Assembly (NCBI GenBank): GCA_964504335.1
Contig: CAZDET010000038.1
Span: 8,930 to 48,279 of the forward strand
Direction of reading: 5' to 3'
Origin: an uncultured Saprospiraceae bacterium
Lineage (GTDB): Bacteria > Bacteroidota > Bacteroidia > Chitinophagales > Saprospiraceae
Length of the DNA: 39,350 nt
Below are positions 26,442 through 35,334 of the stretch, in pieces. The notes beneath the pieces are model-generated. The model had not been told where the DNA came from, did no database searches, and was given only the letters and a program-made list of their open reading frames with translations. The stretch's first letter is position 1. The number at the start of each line of letters is the position of its first letter. The position numbers were made by a program, and so were the translations under genes.

Positions 26442-26999
26442 TCAGACCTTCCACTTGATATTACATCCGCCGCTCGGATACTGTTTTTCCGGAGCGGGCT
26501 GGCCGGCCAGCATTCGGTCGATGGCAGCGCGCAGGTCTTCGCCGGTGAGCGGCACGTTGTTGCCGGGGCGGCTACCATCCAGCCGACCGCGGTAGTAAAG
26601 GCGCAAATCAGCATCGAACAGGTAAATATCCGGTGTGCAGGCGGCATCGTAGGCACGGGCTACGGATTGATCCTCGTCGAATAAGTAGGGAAATGCATAG
26701 CCCACTTCCGCCGCATGCCGCTTCATGTTTTCGGGGCTGTCGGCCGGGTACTTCTCCACATCGTTGGAGCTGATGCCGATGGTGGCAATGCCCCGCTCGC
26801 GGTATGCATTCGTCAGGCGGACGAGTTCCTCATTGACGTGCAGCACATAGGGGCAATGGTTGCACAAAAACAGAATCAACGTACCTTGCTCGCCCTTGGC
26901 CGACTGGAGGCTCACGGGTGCCCCACTGACGGTATCGGGAAGCGTGAAATCAGGAGCCTGGGTGCCCAGCTCAATCATTGTAGATTCGGTAAATGCCAT
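26442..26999 (-). CDS. thioredoxin-fold thiol-disulfide oxidoreductase (redoxin family)
   Basis: About 185 aa from MAFTEST. Thioredoxin-like CPYV motif (LCNHCPYV). The longer ORF to 27164 adds a Pro-rich, non-conserved extension and is rejected. Confidence 0.65.
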   Translation of the reverse strand: MAFTESTMIELGTQAPDFTLPDTVSGAPVSLQSAKGEQGTLILFLCNHCPYVLHVNEELVRLTNAYRERGIATIGISSNDVEKYPADSPENMKRHAAEVGYAFPYLFDEDQSVARAYDAACTPDIYLFDADLRLYYRGRLDGSRPGNNVPLTGEDLRAAIDRMLAGQPAPEKQYPSGGCNIKWKV

Positions 27000-27048
27000 G
27001 ATGCTGTTTTTCCTTCTAGGACGTTTGGGAGGAGGATTAGGTTGAGGG

Positions 27049-27894
27049 TTATTGGCAGGCGGGGTTGATGCCCAGCACGTAGTTTGCCACCACATCGATA
27101 GCAACGGCCGCCTCGGCCCCCTGAAATCCGCTGATCTCGTCGTTAGATAAGTGGCTGGCAGCAAACTCCGTCAGCGGTTGGGCCAGGGGGAGGTAGCTCC
27201 AATGCCAGCGCTCTTCGTTGTAGCCGTTGGGCCGCTCGGGGCCTTTGGCCGAATAGGGTTGGCAGAAGCCGTACTCCGCAGCGTTCGCCTGCAGCCAATC
27301 GTATACTTTTTTGCCCGGCCCCTGTTCGAAATAGCGATTGTTGAGGTTGTTCAGATCAATATCTGTTCCCCAATGGTGCCGACTCGTCCCCGGCATCGAA
27401 CTGTAACGCAAAATAGCCAGCGCCCGATCGCCGGGCTCCGGATAGGCTTCCGGGGCACTTTCCGACCCCTCCAGCAAGCGCTCTCCGATCCACTTGGCCT
27501 CCCAAATCGTCTTCTGTCGATTGAAATTGCGCGTAGCACTTACGATCGTTAGGGCAACCCCTGCTTCCGCAGCGGCGCGGTGCATCAGTTGAAAGGCCTC
27601 GTAGGTCTCCCGCCGCAAGTAGTACGTCTGATCGCCATCGGTATAGGCATTATCAACTACGACAAAATCCGGATGCTCCGCCGGGTTAAATTGCCCCATT
27701 ACATAACTCTCCGTGAAGCGCGGTTCGCTGGGCAGGCTGTCCTGTACAGCATCTGCCACGTCAACTACGGCCTCGTATTGCTGCACTGCTTCCTCTTTCG
27801 ATTGGGCACAGCCCAGGAGCAATAATGAACCTACGATAATAATCCAGCTGTAAGGAGGGGAAGTAGACATATTGGCTGAGTTGTAAAGAGTCAA
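27049..27894 (-). CDS. M15-family peptidase (VanY/D-alanyl-D-alanine carboxypeptidase-like) lipoprotein
   Basis: 281 aa with a lipoprotein-type signal (LLLLGC). Putative zinc-binding segment ...SMPGTSRHHWGTDIDLN... within an M15-like fold. Confidence 0.65.
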   Translation of the reverse strand: MTLYNSANMSTSPPYSWIIIVGSLLLLGCAQSKEEAVQQYEAVVDVADAVQDSLPSEPRFTESYVMGQFNPAEHPDFVVVDNAYTDGDQTYYLRRETYEAFQLMHRAAAEAGVALTIVSATRNFNRQKTIWEAKWIGERLLEGSESAPEAYPEPGDRALAILRYSSMPGTSRHHWGTDIDLNNLNNRYFEQGPGKKVYDWLQANAAEYGFCQPYSAKGPERPNGYNEERWHWSYLPLAQPLTEFAASHLSNDEISGFQGAEAAVAIDVVANYVLGINPACQ

Positions 27895-27926
27895 GAAATG
27901 CGTTAACGCCGTCTTCGACGTTGCTA

Positions 27927-29345
27927 TTAATAATCAAAAGCGAGGCGTTCGCTGGGATATCCAAACAGGTACTTTTCCTTCACTAAGCTGGCCACACGCG
28001 AAGGCACCAGTGTTTCCCAGTTGTTTTCTCCTGACTGAAGCATATTGAGCACTTCCTTGCTGAATATGTGGAGAATGTCGGGGTTGAAATCGGTGATATC
28101 GACGATTTGACCGCTGTCGATAAGGTGGCGGTAGATAAACTTGACGCCTTCGGGAATCGGCAGAATATTGGTCGTCATTAATTCGGCACTGCCCTCCTGG
28201 AGCGCGGGATAGATGTAAAACTTGACGTTTCGGGTAAACAGCGCTCCGAAGGCGGACAGCAACCGGCCGTCCATGTTTTGGTAGTATTTATCGTTGAGGA
28301 GTTCGAGCAACTCGCGCACGCCTAGCACGATGCCCACCTTGCGCACCTTGAATTCCGAGAGGTACGAAATGAGCTTCTGGTGCTCGTCGGTACTAGATAT
28401 GACCACCGTCTGCCCCAATTCGTTGAGGAGTTCGGCGCGATCGAGAAAATCGCGCTCATCGAGATCGGCGGTTTCCTGGAGGTTACCCAGGGTGAGCTCC
28501 GTCAATAAATAAGATCGGGCGGGCTCGACTTCGTCTTCGTGGCGAAACTGTGCATAGCCCGCCTTGATCATATCCATGTTTACCAGGGTAGCGGGCCGGA
28601 AACTACCGCGAACGATCATTACGTACTTTTTGTACAGGAATTCGCTGGCGTGCACGTTGCGCCCGTCGGGGCCAAACATGGCGAAATCCGTAAGCCCGTG
28701 CTTCACCAGCCAGAGGCTGAGCAGGCGATTGTCGAGGTGATCAAAATCGGGTCCGCGCAGGTGGATCATATCTATTGCCACCCGCCCCTGCAAGCTATCC
28801 ATCAGCGACTGGAGCATCATTTCCGGATCTTCGTGGTAGTGGTAGCAGGCGTAAATCATGTTTACCCCAAGCGTACCGATCGCTTGCTGCTGCAACTGGT
28901 TATCGTTGTCGAGCATCCGTACGTGGAGCACCATGTCGTTGGTCTCGCTTTCGGGACGCAACTGAAAGCGCAGCCCCAGCCAGCCGTCGCCGCTGATTGT
29001 TCGTTGGAAGTTGATAGCGGCGATGGTATCGGCAAATACGAAAAAGCTGGTGTCGGGCCGGTCGTGGCGCAGCCGTTCCTGCATGAGGGCATACTCGTGG
29101 TTGAGCATTTTGTACAGCCGCGACTCACAGACGTAGCGTCCGCTGGGCTCTACGCCGTAAATTTGATCGGAATACACCTTGTCGTATGCCGACATGGTCT
29201 TGGCAATGGTCCCTGCGGCAGCCCCCACCTGAAAAAAGTGGCGGGCCACTTCCTGACCGGCGCCAATTTCGGCAAAGGTCCCGTAGATGCTGTTATCGAG
29301 GTTGATTTCGAGGGCTTTCTGTTCGGTTTCGAGCAGTTGGCGCAT
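27927..29345 (-). CDS. conserved hypothetical protein (472 aa, no recognised domain)
   Basis: Long ORF with good coding character and no signal peptide. N-terminal YGTFAEIGAGQEVARHFFQVGAAAGTIAKTMSAYDK is not assignable by eye. Heads a tightly spaced minus-strand operon. Confidence 0.55.
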   Translation of the reverse strand: MRQLLETEQKALEINLDNSIYGTFAEIGAGQEVARHFFQVGAAAGTIAKTMSAYDKVYSDQIYGVEPSGRYVCESRLYKMLNHEYALMQERLRHDRPDTSFFVFADTIAAINFQRTISGDGWLGLRFQLRPESETNDMVLHVRMLDNDNQLQQQAIGTLGVNMIYACYHYHEDPEMMLQSLMDSLQGRVAIDMIHLRGPDFDHLDNRLLSLWLVKHGLTDFAMFGPDGRNVHASEFLYKKYVMIVRGSFRPATLVNMDMIKAGYAQFRHEDEVEPARSYLLTELTLGNLQETADLDERDFLDRAELLNELGQTVVISSTDEHQKLISYLSEFKVRKVGIVLGVRELLELLNDKYYQNMDGRLLSAFGALFTRNVKFYIYPALQEGSAELMTTNILPIPEGVKFIYRHLIDSGQIVDITDFNPDILHIFSKEVLNMLQSGENNWETLVPSRVASLVKEKYLFGYPSERLAFDY

Positions 29346-29430
29346 TGATTGGGTGGTTTTTAGCGGCGATCAAAGATAACGAGAAGATAGGCTGATCTTG
29401 AATTCGTTTAAGCGAATAAACGAAAATAGG

Positions 29431-29438
29431 TAGTTTTG
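29431..29438 (+). promoter_or_regulatory. TAgtTTTG -7 box match upstream of mnmG
   Basis: Exact TAnnTTTG match 49 nt upstream of the mnmG ATG. Confidence 0.25.
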
Positions 29439-29486
29439 CACCCATTTTCGCATTTATGATGTTAGCAAGGAGATAAGAAAATACGG

Positions 29487-31352
29487 ATGTTTCCCACATA
29501 CGACGTCATAGTAGTAGGAGCCGGCCACGCCGGCAGTGAGGCAGCGGTGGCGGCGGCCAACATGGGGTCGCGCGTCATGCTGGCGACCATGAATATGCAA
29601 ACCATTGCCCAAATGTCGTGCAACCCGGCGATGGGCGGGGTGGCAAAGGGCCAGATCGTTCGGGAAATCGATGCGCTGGGAGGCTATTCCGGAATCGTGA
29701 CCGACCGGACGGCCGTGCAGTTTCGCATGCTGAACCGCTCAAAAGGCCCAGCCATGTGGAGCCCGCGGGCGCAAAGCGACCGGCTGCGCTTTGCGGAAAC
29801 CTGGCGCCAAATGCTGGAGGCCCATCCCAATATCGACTTCTGGCAGGAAATGATCACGGGCCTGATCGTGAAGGATGGGCGCGTGCAAGGTGTCCGCACC
29901 GGACTGGGCCTGGAAATTCCCGGGCGGGCCGTGGTACTGACCAACGGCACCTTCCTCAACGGACTCATCCACATCGGCGAAAAACAATTCGGCGGCGGCC
30001 GGGCCGGTGAGCGGGCCGCTACCGGAATCACGGAACAACTCATCGAACTCGGCTTCGAATCCGGCCGCATGAAAACGGGAACCCCTCCCCGCATCGACGG
30101 CCGTACCCTCGATTACTCCAAAATGGAAGTCCAGGAGGGCGATGCCAACCCCGGCACCTTCAGCTATACCGACACCCCGGCCCTGGAGCGGCAATTGCCC
30201 TGCCACATCGCCTACACCAGCACGGAGGTGCACGATACTCTCCGCACCGGCTTCGATCGCTCGCCGATGTTCAATGGCCGCATCCGCGGGCTGGGGCCCC
30301 GCTACTGCCCCTCCATCGAGGATAAAATCGACCGCTTCGCCGACCGCGACCGACATCAGTTGTTCGTCGAACCCGAAGGCTGGAATACCTGCGAAATTTA
30401 CGTGAATGGCTTCAGCTCCTCTCTACCCGAAGATGTGCAGTACGATGCGTTGCGCAAAGTACCCGGTTTTGAACACATGAAGATGTTTCGGCCCGGTTAT
30501 GCCATTGAATACGACTTTTTCCCGCCTACGCAACTGCGTCCCACGCTGGAGACCCGACTGGTAAAAAACTTATTCTTCGCCGGCCAAATCAACGGGACAA
30601 CTGGCTACGAAGAGGCCGGAGGACAAGGGCTGATCGCCGGTATCAATGCCCATCTGGCCATCCAGGAAGCAGAGCCCTTTATTCTCAAGCGATCCGAAGC
30701 GTACATCGGCGTGCTGATCGACGACCTGATCAACAAGGGCACGAAGGAGCCCTACCGCATGTTTACCTCCCGCGCAGAATACCGGATTTTACTCCGACAA
30801 GACAACGCTGATCTACGCCTCACGCCCCTTGCACACGCACTCGGCATGCAGGGGATGGAGCAACGCGTGGACCGCGTGCGCGAGAAAGAGACCAACACCG
30901 GGCGGATCGAATCGTTCCTCCAGGACTACAGCGTTGATCCGGATCAGGTGAATGGCTATTTGGCGAGCATCGGCTCCTCCCCACTGAAGCAAAAAGTCAA
31001 GCTGGATGGGGTGCTGGCGCGTCCACATGTATCGCTGGATGCCCTGCGGGAAGTGTTACCGGAGGTCGATACCTTCCTTCGCCCATTCGATTCAGAAACG
31101 GTGGACCTGGCCGAAATCAACCGCAAATACGATGGCTACATCAAGCGGGAACGCGAGATGGTCGACAAAATGCTGCGCCTGGAAAATATCCGGTTGCACG
31201 ATCATTTCGATTACCAGCAAATTACCAGCCTTAGTAAAGAAGCACGGGAGAAGCTGTCGCAGCTACGTCCGGTTACTGTGGGGCAGGCCAGCCGCATCAG
31301 CGGGGTCAGCCCGGCCGATATCTCCGTGTTGTTGGTGCACATGGGCCGATAA
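29487..31352 (+). CDS. mnmG: tRNA uridine-5-carboxymethylaminomethyl(34) synthesis enzyme MnmG (GidA)
   Basis: 621 aa. N-terminal YDVIVVGAGHAGSEAAVAAANMG FAD motif and full-length MnmG layout. A TAgtTTTG motif lies 49 nt upstream. Confidence 0.92.
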   Translation: MFPTYDVIVVGAGHAGSEAAVAAANMGSRVMLATMNMQTIAQMSCNPAMGGVAKGQIVREIDALGGYSGIVTDRTAVQFRMLNRSKGPAMWSPRAQSDRLRFAETWRQMLEAHPNIDFWQEMITGLIVKDGRVQGVRTGLGLEIPGRAVVLTNGTFLNGLIHIGEKQFGGGRAGERAATGITEQLIELGFESGRMKTGTPPRIDGRTLDYSKMEVQEGDANPGTFSYTDTPALERQLPCHIAYTSTEVHDTLRTGFDRSPMFNGRIRGLGPRYCPSIEDKIDRFADRDRHQLFVEPEGWNTCEIYVNGFSSSLPEDVQYDALRKVPGFEHMKMFRPGYAIEYDFFPPTQLRPTLETRLVKNLFFAGQINGTTGYEEAGGQGLIAGINAHLAIQEAEPFILKRSEAYIGVLIDDLINKGTKEPYRMFTSRAEYRILLRQDNADLRLTPLAHALGMQGMEQRVDRVREKETNTGRIESFLQDYSVDPDQVNGYLASIGSSPLKQKVKLDGVLARPHVSLDALREVLPEVDTFLRPFDSETVDLAEINRKYDGYIKREREMVDKMLRLENIRLHDHFDYQQITSLSKEAREKLSQLRPVTVGQASRISGVSPADISVLLVHMGR

Positions 31353-31355
31353 TGG

Positions 31356-32267
31356 CTATGTGGCTGCTCGTTTTCGATAGCTCACCAGGGCCACTCCCGT
31401 AAAAATCAGTGCCGCACCTCCAATTTTTACGGCGCTCAGCGACTCTTGCCCGAGCCCCAGGGCTATGATGGCTGCCAATACCGGCTGCAAATACACATAG
31501 ATACTAACGGTGGACGCATTGACCCGGCCGAGCGCGTAAGTGTTGAGTAGGTAAGTCATAAAGGTGGTACAGATGACCACAAATACGACTGCCGCTACAA
31601 TCCCCGGGGTGAAGGTCATCCAGGATACTTCCAACAAGCGGTATCCTCCAATCGGCAACACAATCAGCGACCCAACGGCAAACACCCATTTAATGACCGT
31701 TAGGGGCTGATAACGAGCCATCAGTGATTTGACAAGCACCAAAAACAAGCCAAAGGACGTGGCATTGAGCGCCACCAGCACGTTGCCCCACAATTGCTGC
31801 GAATCAAAGCTTACTTCTCTTTGGTAGGTGATAATTAAAATGGCTCCTGCCGCCCCCAGTAATATGCCAAATACCTTTCGCGGAGTAATCCGCTCCGCTA
31901 GCAATAACGCCGAAAACAACAACACGACAATCGGGACAATTGTCATCAGTAGGCTGGCGTTGATGGGAGTAGTCCGCTTGAGGCCACTGAAAAACAGCAA
32001 CATATTCAATACCACCCCAAATACGGCACAAAGAGCCACGCGCAGCGCATCCGACCGGTGCAACCGCTCCCGAATGAAGAGCGCGTGAAACAACCAAAAA
32101 AGCGCCGTAGCCCCCAGAATCCGCACTACAATGAACGGTAGCGGTGCCAGATAGCCCGGATCTAAAACCAGTTTGGCAATGGTGTAATTGGCCCCGTAAA
32201 TCAATGCGACGGTGAAGAGCGCAGCGTGGGCCCGCACGTCAAACGCCCGGGTGGAGAGTGTAGACAT
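31356..32267 (-). CDS. DMT-superfamily (EamA-like) transporter
   Basis: About 303 aa from MSTLSTRAF. Ten predicted TM helices with two EamA-like halves. The longer ORF to 32357 is rejected. Confidence 0.7.
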   Translation of the reverse strand: MSTLSTRAFDVRAHAALFTVALIYGANYTIAKLVLDPGYLAPLPFIVVRILGATALFWLFHALFIRERLHRSDALRVALCAVFGVVLNMLLFFSGLKRTTPINASLLMTIVPIVVLLFSALLLAERITPRKVFGILLGAAGAILIITYQREVSFDSQQLWGNVLVALNATSFGLFLVLVKSLMARYQPLTVIKWVFAVGSLIVLPIGGYRLLEVSWMTFTPGIVAAVVFVVICTTFMTYLLNTYALGRVNASTVSIYVYLQPVLAAIIALGLGQESLSAVKIGGAALIFTGVALVSYRKRAAT

Positions 32268-32472
32268 GGCCGCGAAGATAACCGATTGTGAATTAGCAGT
32301 GAGAAAAGAATATCCCAAAAATCGGTCGAAATTCGATTTTAATTCGCAAATTGCCACATATAGACGATTTCACTGCTATTTTGTACTTTTAACGGTTGGA
32401 AAAGGTCTATCGGGGCAACGACAGCGCCCTACTGGGGTAACCACCGTGAATTACAAACCAAAAAGTATTCTA

Positions 32473-33108
32473 ATGACCACCATCCCATTTAAATATCTGT
32501 TACTCTTCGGCGCCTTGTTTCTGTTGATCCAGCCCGTTGACCTATCGGCACAGGATGGCGAATTGACCAAAGAGGAAAAGAAACGATGGAAAGATGCTGC
32601 CCGCGAATACCGGCGCAACCTTCCCGCCCTCAAGGCTTTAGTGGAGGAGCACGAATACTACCAAAGCGAAAACCGCCAGTTGCAGCAGCAAGTCAACGAC
32701 CTCAATGCGCAGATCAGCAATCGCGAGCGGACAGTAGATGACCTCCAGGAGCAAATTGCGGGCCTTAACCAGCGCCTCATGGTTGCCGAGGCCTCTAATC
32801 AGCAGCGGGACGTGGTTGTCGTTGAGCCTCCGCAGCCGGTTGCCTCTTCTCCTCAGGGCGTCGTGTACCGCATTCAGATCGGAGCATACGAAAACAATCA
32901 GCTCGATCCGAATCTCAGCAACACCGATGATTTCCGCCTGGAAACCTACGGCAACCTTCAGCGCGTCATAATCGGCGAATTGCGCAACTACAACAACGCC
33001 CTGACCCTCCGGGACCGCCTCCGCGAAATGGGCGTCAGCGATGCCTTCGTCGTCGCCTACCGCGATGGCGTCCGCGTCGATGTGGAGGATACGTTGGGAG
33101 GACAGTAG
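32473..33108 (+). CDS. SPOR-domain protein with signal peptide and coiled coil
   Basis: 211 aa from MTTIPFKY (signal peptide ...LLIQPVDLSAQ). Central heptad-rich region (NRQLQQQVNDLNAQISNRERTVDDLQEQIAGLNQRL). C-terminal SPOR-like ...VYRIQIGAY...DAFVVAY.... The upstream part of the six-frame ORF overlaps the EamA start and is rejected. Confidence 0.6.
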   Translation: MTTIPFKYLLLFGALFLLIQPVDLSAQDGELTKEEKKRWKDAAREYRRNLPALKALVEEHEYYQSENRQLQQQVNDLNAQISNRERTVDDLQEQIAGLNQRLMVAEASNQQRDVVVVEPPQPVASSPQGVVYRIQIGAYENNQLDPNLSNTDDFRLETYGNLQRVIIGELRNYNNALTLRDRLREMGVSDAFVVAYRDGVRVDVEDTLGGQ

Positions 33109-33196
33109 GTAGATTATAGACCTTTAGACTCATCGTGGCGAAATTATTTTCTGAATGATTTACCGCCTAACGGTCTAAAGGTCTAATATCTATAAC
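33109..33196. repeat. palindromic element sharing a perfect 13-mer TAGACCTTTAGAC / GTCTAAAGGTCTA in its arms
   Basis: Left arm gtagattatagacctttagac (33109-33129). Right arm ggtctaaaggtctaatatctataac (33172-33196). Fills the convergent gap exactly, from the SPOR stop to the AIM24 stop. Confidence 0.55.
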
Positions 33197-34000
33197 CTAA
33201 AACGGATCTCCATCCAACAAGTCGCCAAGCCCGCCGAGGATGGAGCCTTCTCCCTTATCTTTGCCACCGTACTGGCGGCTCGCAGCTACCATTCGATCTG
33301 CAAGACGACTGAATGGGAGGCTTTGAATCCATACGCGCCCCGGCCCTTCCAGTAGGGCGTAGAATAAGCCTTCGCCACCAAAAAAGACATTGCGAATCCC
33401 CTTTACCATCTCAATGTCGTAGTTGACGTGCCGGGTAAAGGCCACCAAACATCCGGTGTCGACACGCAGCGTTTCGCCCAATTCCAAGCGTTTTTCGATG
33501 ACATGCCCGCCGGCGTGCACGAAGGCCATACCGTCGCCTTCCAGTTTCTGCATAATAAAGCCCTCGCCGCCGAAAAATCCGCGACCTAGCTTTCGACTGA
33601 ATTCAATCCCGACGCTCACCCCTTTTGCGGCACACAGAAAAGCATCCTTCTGGCAGACTACTTTGCCCTCCAGCTCACTGAGATCGAGGGGAATAATGCG
33701 ACCGGGGTACGGAGAAGCAAAGCTGACGCGCTTTTTGCCCTGCCCACCGTGGGTAAATGCCGTCATGAACAGGCTCTCGCCCGTAATCATGCGCTTGCCG
33801 GCAGAAAGTACCTTACCCCATATGCCTCCGCTGCTTTCGCGCTCGCTGCCGTCGCCGAATATCGTCGTGAGTTCAATCCCATCGTCCATCATCATGAAGC
33901 TGCCCGCTTCGGCGACGACGGTTTCGAATGGATCTAGCTCAATCTCTACAAATTGCATTTCCTGGCCGTGGATCTCATAATCGATCTCGTGTGCATTCAT
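33197..34000 (-). CDS. AIM24/TIGR00266 (DUF124) family protein
   Basis: 267 aa with an all-beta, Gly-rich pattern (FFGGEGF...FFGGEGLF) typical of the TIGR00266/AIM24 family. Confidence 0.7.
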   Translation of the reverse strand: MNAHEIDYEIHGQEMQFVEIELDPFETVVAEAGSFMMMDDGIELTTIFGDGSERESSGGIWGKVLSAGKRMITGESLFMTAFTHGGQGKKRVSFASPYPGRIIPLDLSELEGKVVCQKDAFLCAAKGVSVGIEFSRKLGRGFFGGEGFIMQKLEGDGMAFVHAGGHVIEKRLELGETLRVDTGCLVAFTRHVNYDIEMVKGIRNVFFGGEGLFYALLEGPGRVWIQSLPFSRLADRMVAASRQYGGKDKGEGSILGGLGDLLDGDPF

Positions 34001-34090
34001 ATTTCCGTATTTTATGGGTTCGTTTCAAGAAAGAATAGATAATATAGCCTGTCAGGCATAATTTTCAACCAATTGAAGTCTTAAATTCCG

Positions 34091-35329
34091 ATGCGCTGTA
34101 TCGTTTTTCTTTGCCCCCTACTACTGATCGCCGCCTTAGCATGCAGCCAATCGGATACGATTTTTACCGTCGACAATGTACCCGACCCCTACCAATTGGA
34201 CAATGGGTATGTATCCGACCCAGCCAATCTATTGGCCGACACTGACTACCGTCGCCTCAACACCCAGCTTCGCGCCCTCGCCGACAGCACGGACGTCGAG
34301 CTCCTCCTCGTACTTCTGCCCAGCATCGGTAGCGAAGTGCCCAAAGATTTCGCTACCCGCTTGTTCGAGCGTTGGCAAATCGGGCAGGCGGCACGCGACA
34401 ACGGCCTCTTGCTGCTCACCGTACTGGACCAGCGCCGCACGGAAGTAGAAACCGGCTACGGCCTGGAAGGGCTGCTTCCGGATGCCGTCATTTACCGATC
34501 GCTCAGTGAAGCCCTTTACCCGGCCTTCCAGCAGGGTGAATTCGCGGAGGGGCTATCGGCCTTCGCGGCAGCAATTCGGGAATACTTACGCGATCCGGCC
34601 GCCCAACAAGAACTTTTCGATAGCCCTCCCTCTCCTTCTGAAGAATCGGAAGGAAGGGGATTTTGGTTGTTCCTGCAAATTTACGGCGGCATCACCCTAT
34701 TGCTGCACTTCGGCTTATTGCTGTATATCATTTACACGCTCCGCAATAAGGAGGAATTGTACGATAAGTATCGGTCTCTGCGACGAGCCGATTTGTGGCC
34801 CCTCCTGATTTTCTTCCCCCTTCCTTACCTCTTTTTTTTCATCTATCTCAAGCGCAAGCTTAAGGCCCTGCGCTACCAGCGCCGATTCAGCCGGGAAACC
34901 GGCGCACCGATGCATTTGCTCAACGAAGAGGAGGACGACACCTACCTCGAACGCGGGCAGCTGATGGAGGAACAGCTTGGCAGCGTCGACTACGATGTCT
35001 GGATTACCGAAGACAGCGAAGACCTGCTCGTACTAGCTTACGATCGGCGCTTTTCTTCTTACCGGAAGTGCCCGGAGTGCAAGTATAAAACCTACATCAA
35101 AACCCGCACGGAGTTGATTCGCCGTGCCACCTACAGCCACTCTGGTCTCAAGCGGCATTACTACGAGTGTAAAAACTGCCGCTACCACCACAGCCGGGAT
35201 GAACGCATCCCGAAGAAAACCCGAAGTGGCGGTGCCGTCAGCGTCGGAGGTATTTCCATCGGCGGTGGTGGCGGCGGGCGTTCCCGGGGCGGCTCCTCGG
35301 GCGGTGGCGGCGCAGGAATCAGCTGGTGA
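34091..35329 (+). CDS. TPM-domain (YgcG-like) membrane protein with inserted 4-Cys zinc-ribbon and Gly-rich tail
   Basis: 412 aa. Signal peptide. TPM/TLP18.3-like phosphatase domain (residues about 30-170). Two TM helices. A segment with CPEC...CKNC. C-terminal GGGGGGRSRGGSSGGGGAG tail. Confidence 0.7.
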   Translation: MRCIVFLCPLLLIAALACSQSDTIFTVDNVPDPYQLDNGYVSDPANLLADTDYRRLNTQLRALADSTDVELLLVLLPSIGSEVPKDFATRLFERWQIGQAARDNGLLLLTVLDQRRTEVETGYGLEGLLPDAVIYRSLSEALYPAFQQGEFAEGLSAFAAAIREYLRDPAAQQELFDSPPSPSEESEGRGFWLFLQIYGGITLLLHFGLLLYIIYTLRNKEELYDKYRSLRRADLWPLLIFFPLPYLFFFIYLKRKLKALRYQRRFSRETGAPMHLLNEEEDDTYLERGQLMEEQLGSVDYDVWITEDSEDLLVLAYDRRFSSYRKCPECKYKTYIKTRTELIRRATYSHSGLKRHYYECKNCRYHHSRDERIPKKTRSGGAVSVGGISIGGGGGGRSRGGSSGGGGAGISW

Positions 35330-35334
35330 TTTAG

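Noticed and set aside
26442-27164. Longer 240-aa version of the thioredoxin-like ORF (N-terminal 55-aa Pro-rich extension).
   Set aside because: The extension is low-complexity (PPANNPQPNPPPKRPRRK), overlaps the upstream gene's 3' end, and the thioredoxin fold starts cleanly at MAFTEST (26999).
32212-32472. N-terminal 87-aa extension of the SPOR protein ORF and the matching 30-aa extension of the EamA ORF (32268-32357).
   Set aside because: The two extensions overlap each other in the divergent promoter region. Both proteins have canonical N-termini (signal peptide / first TM helix) at the internal Met.
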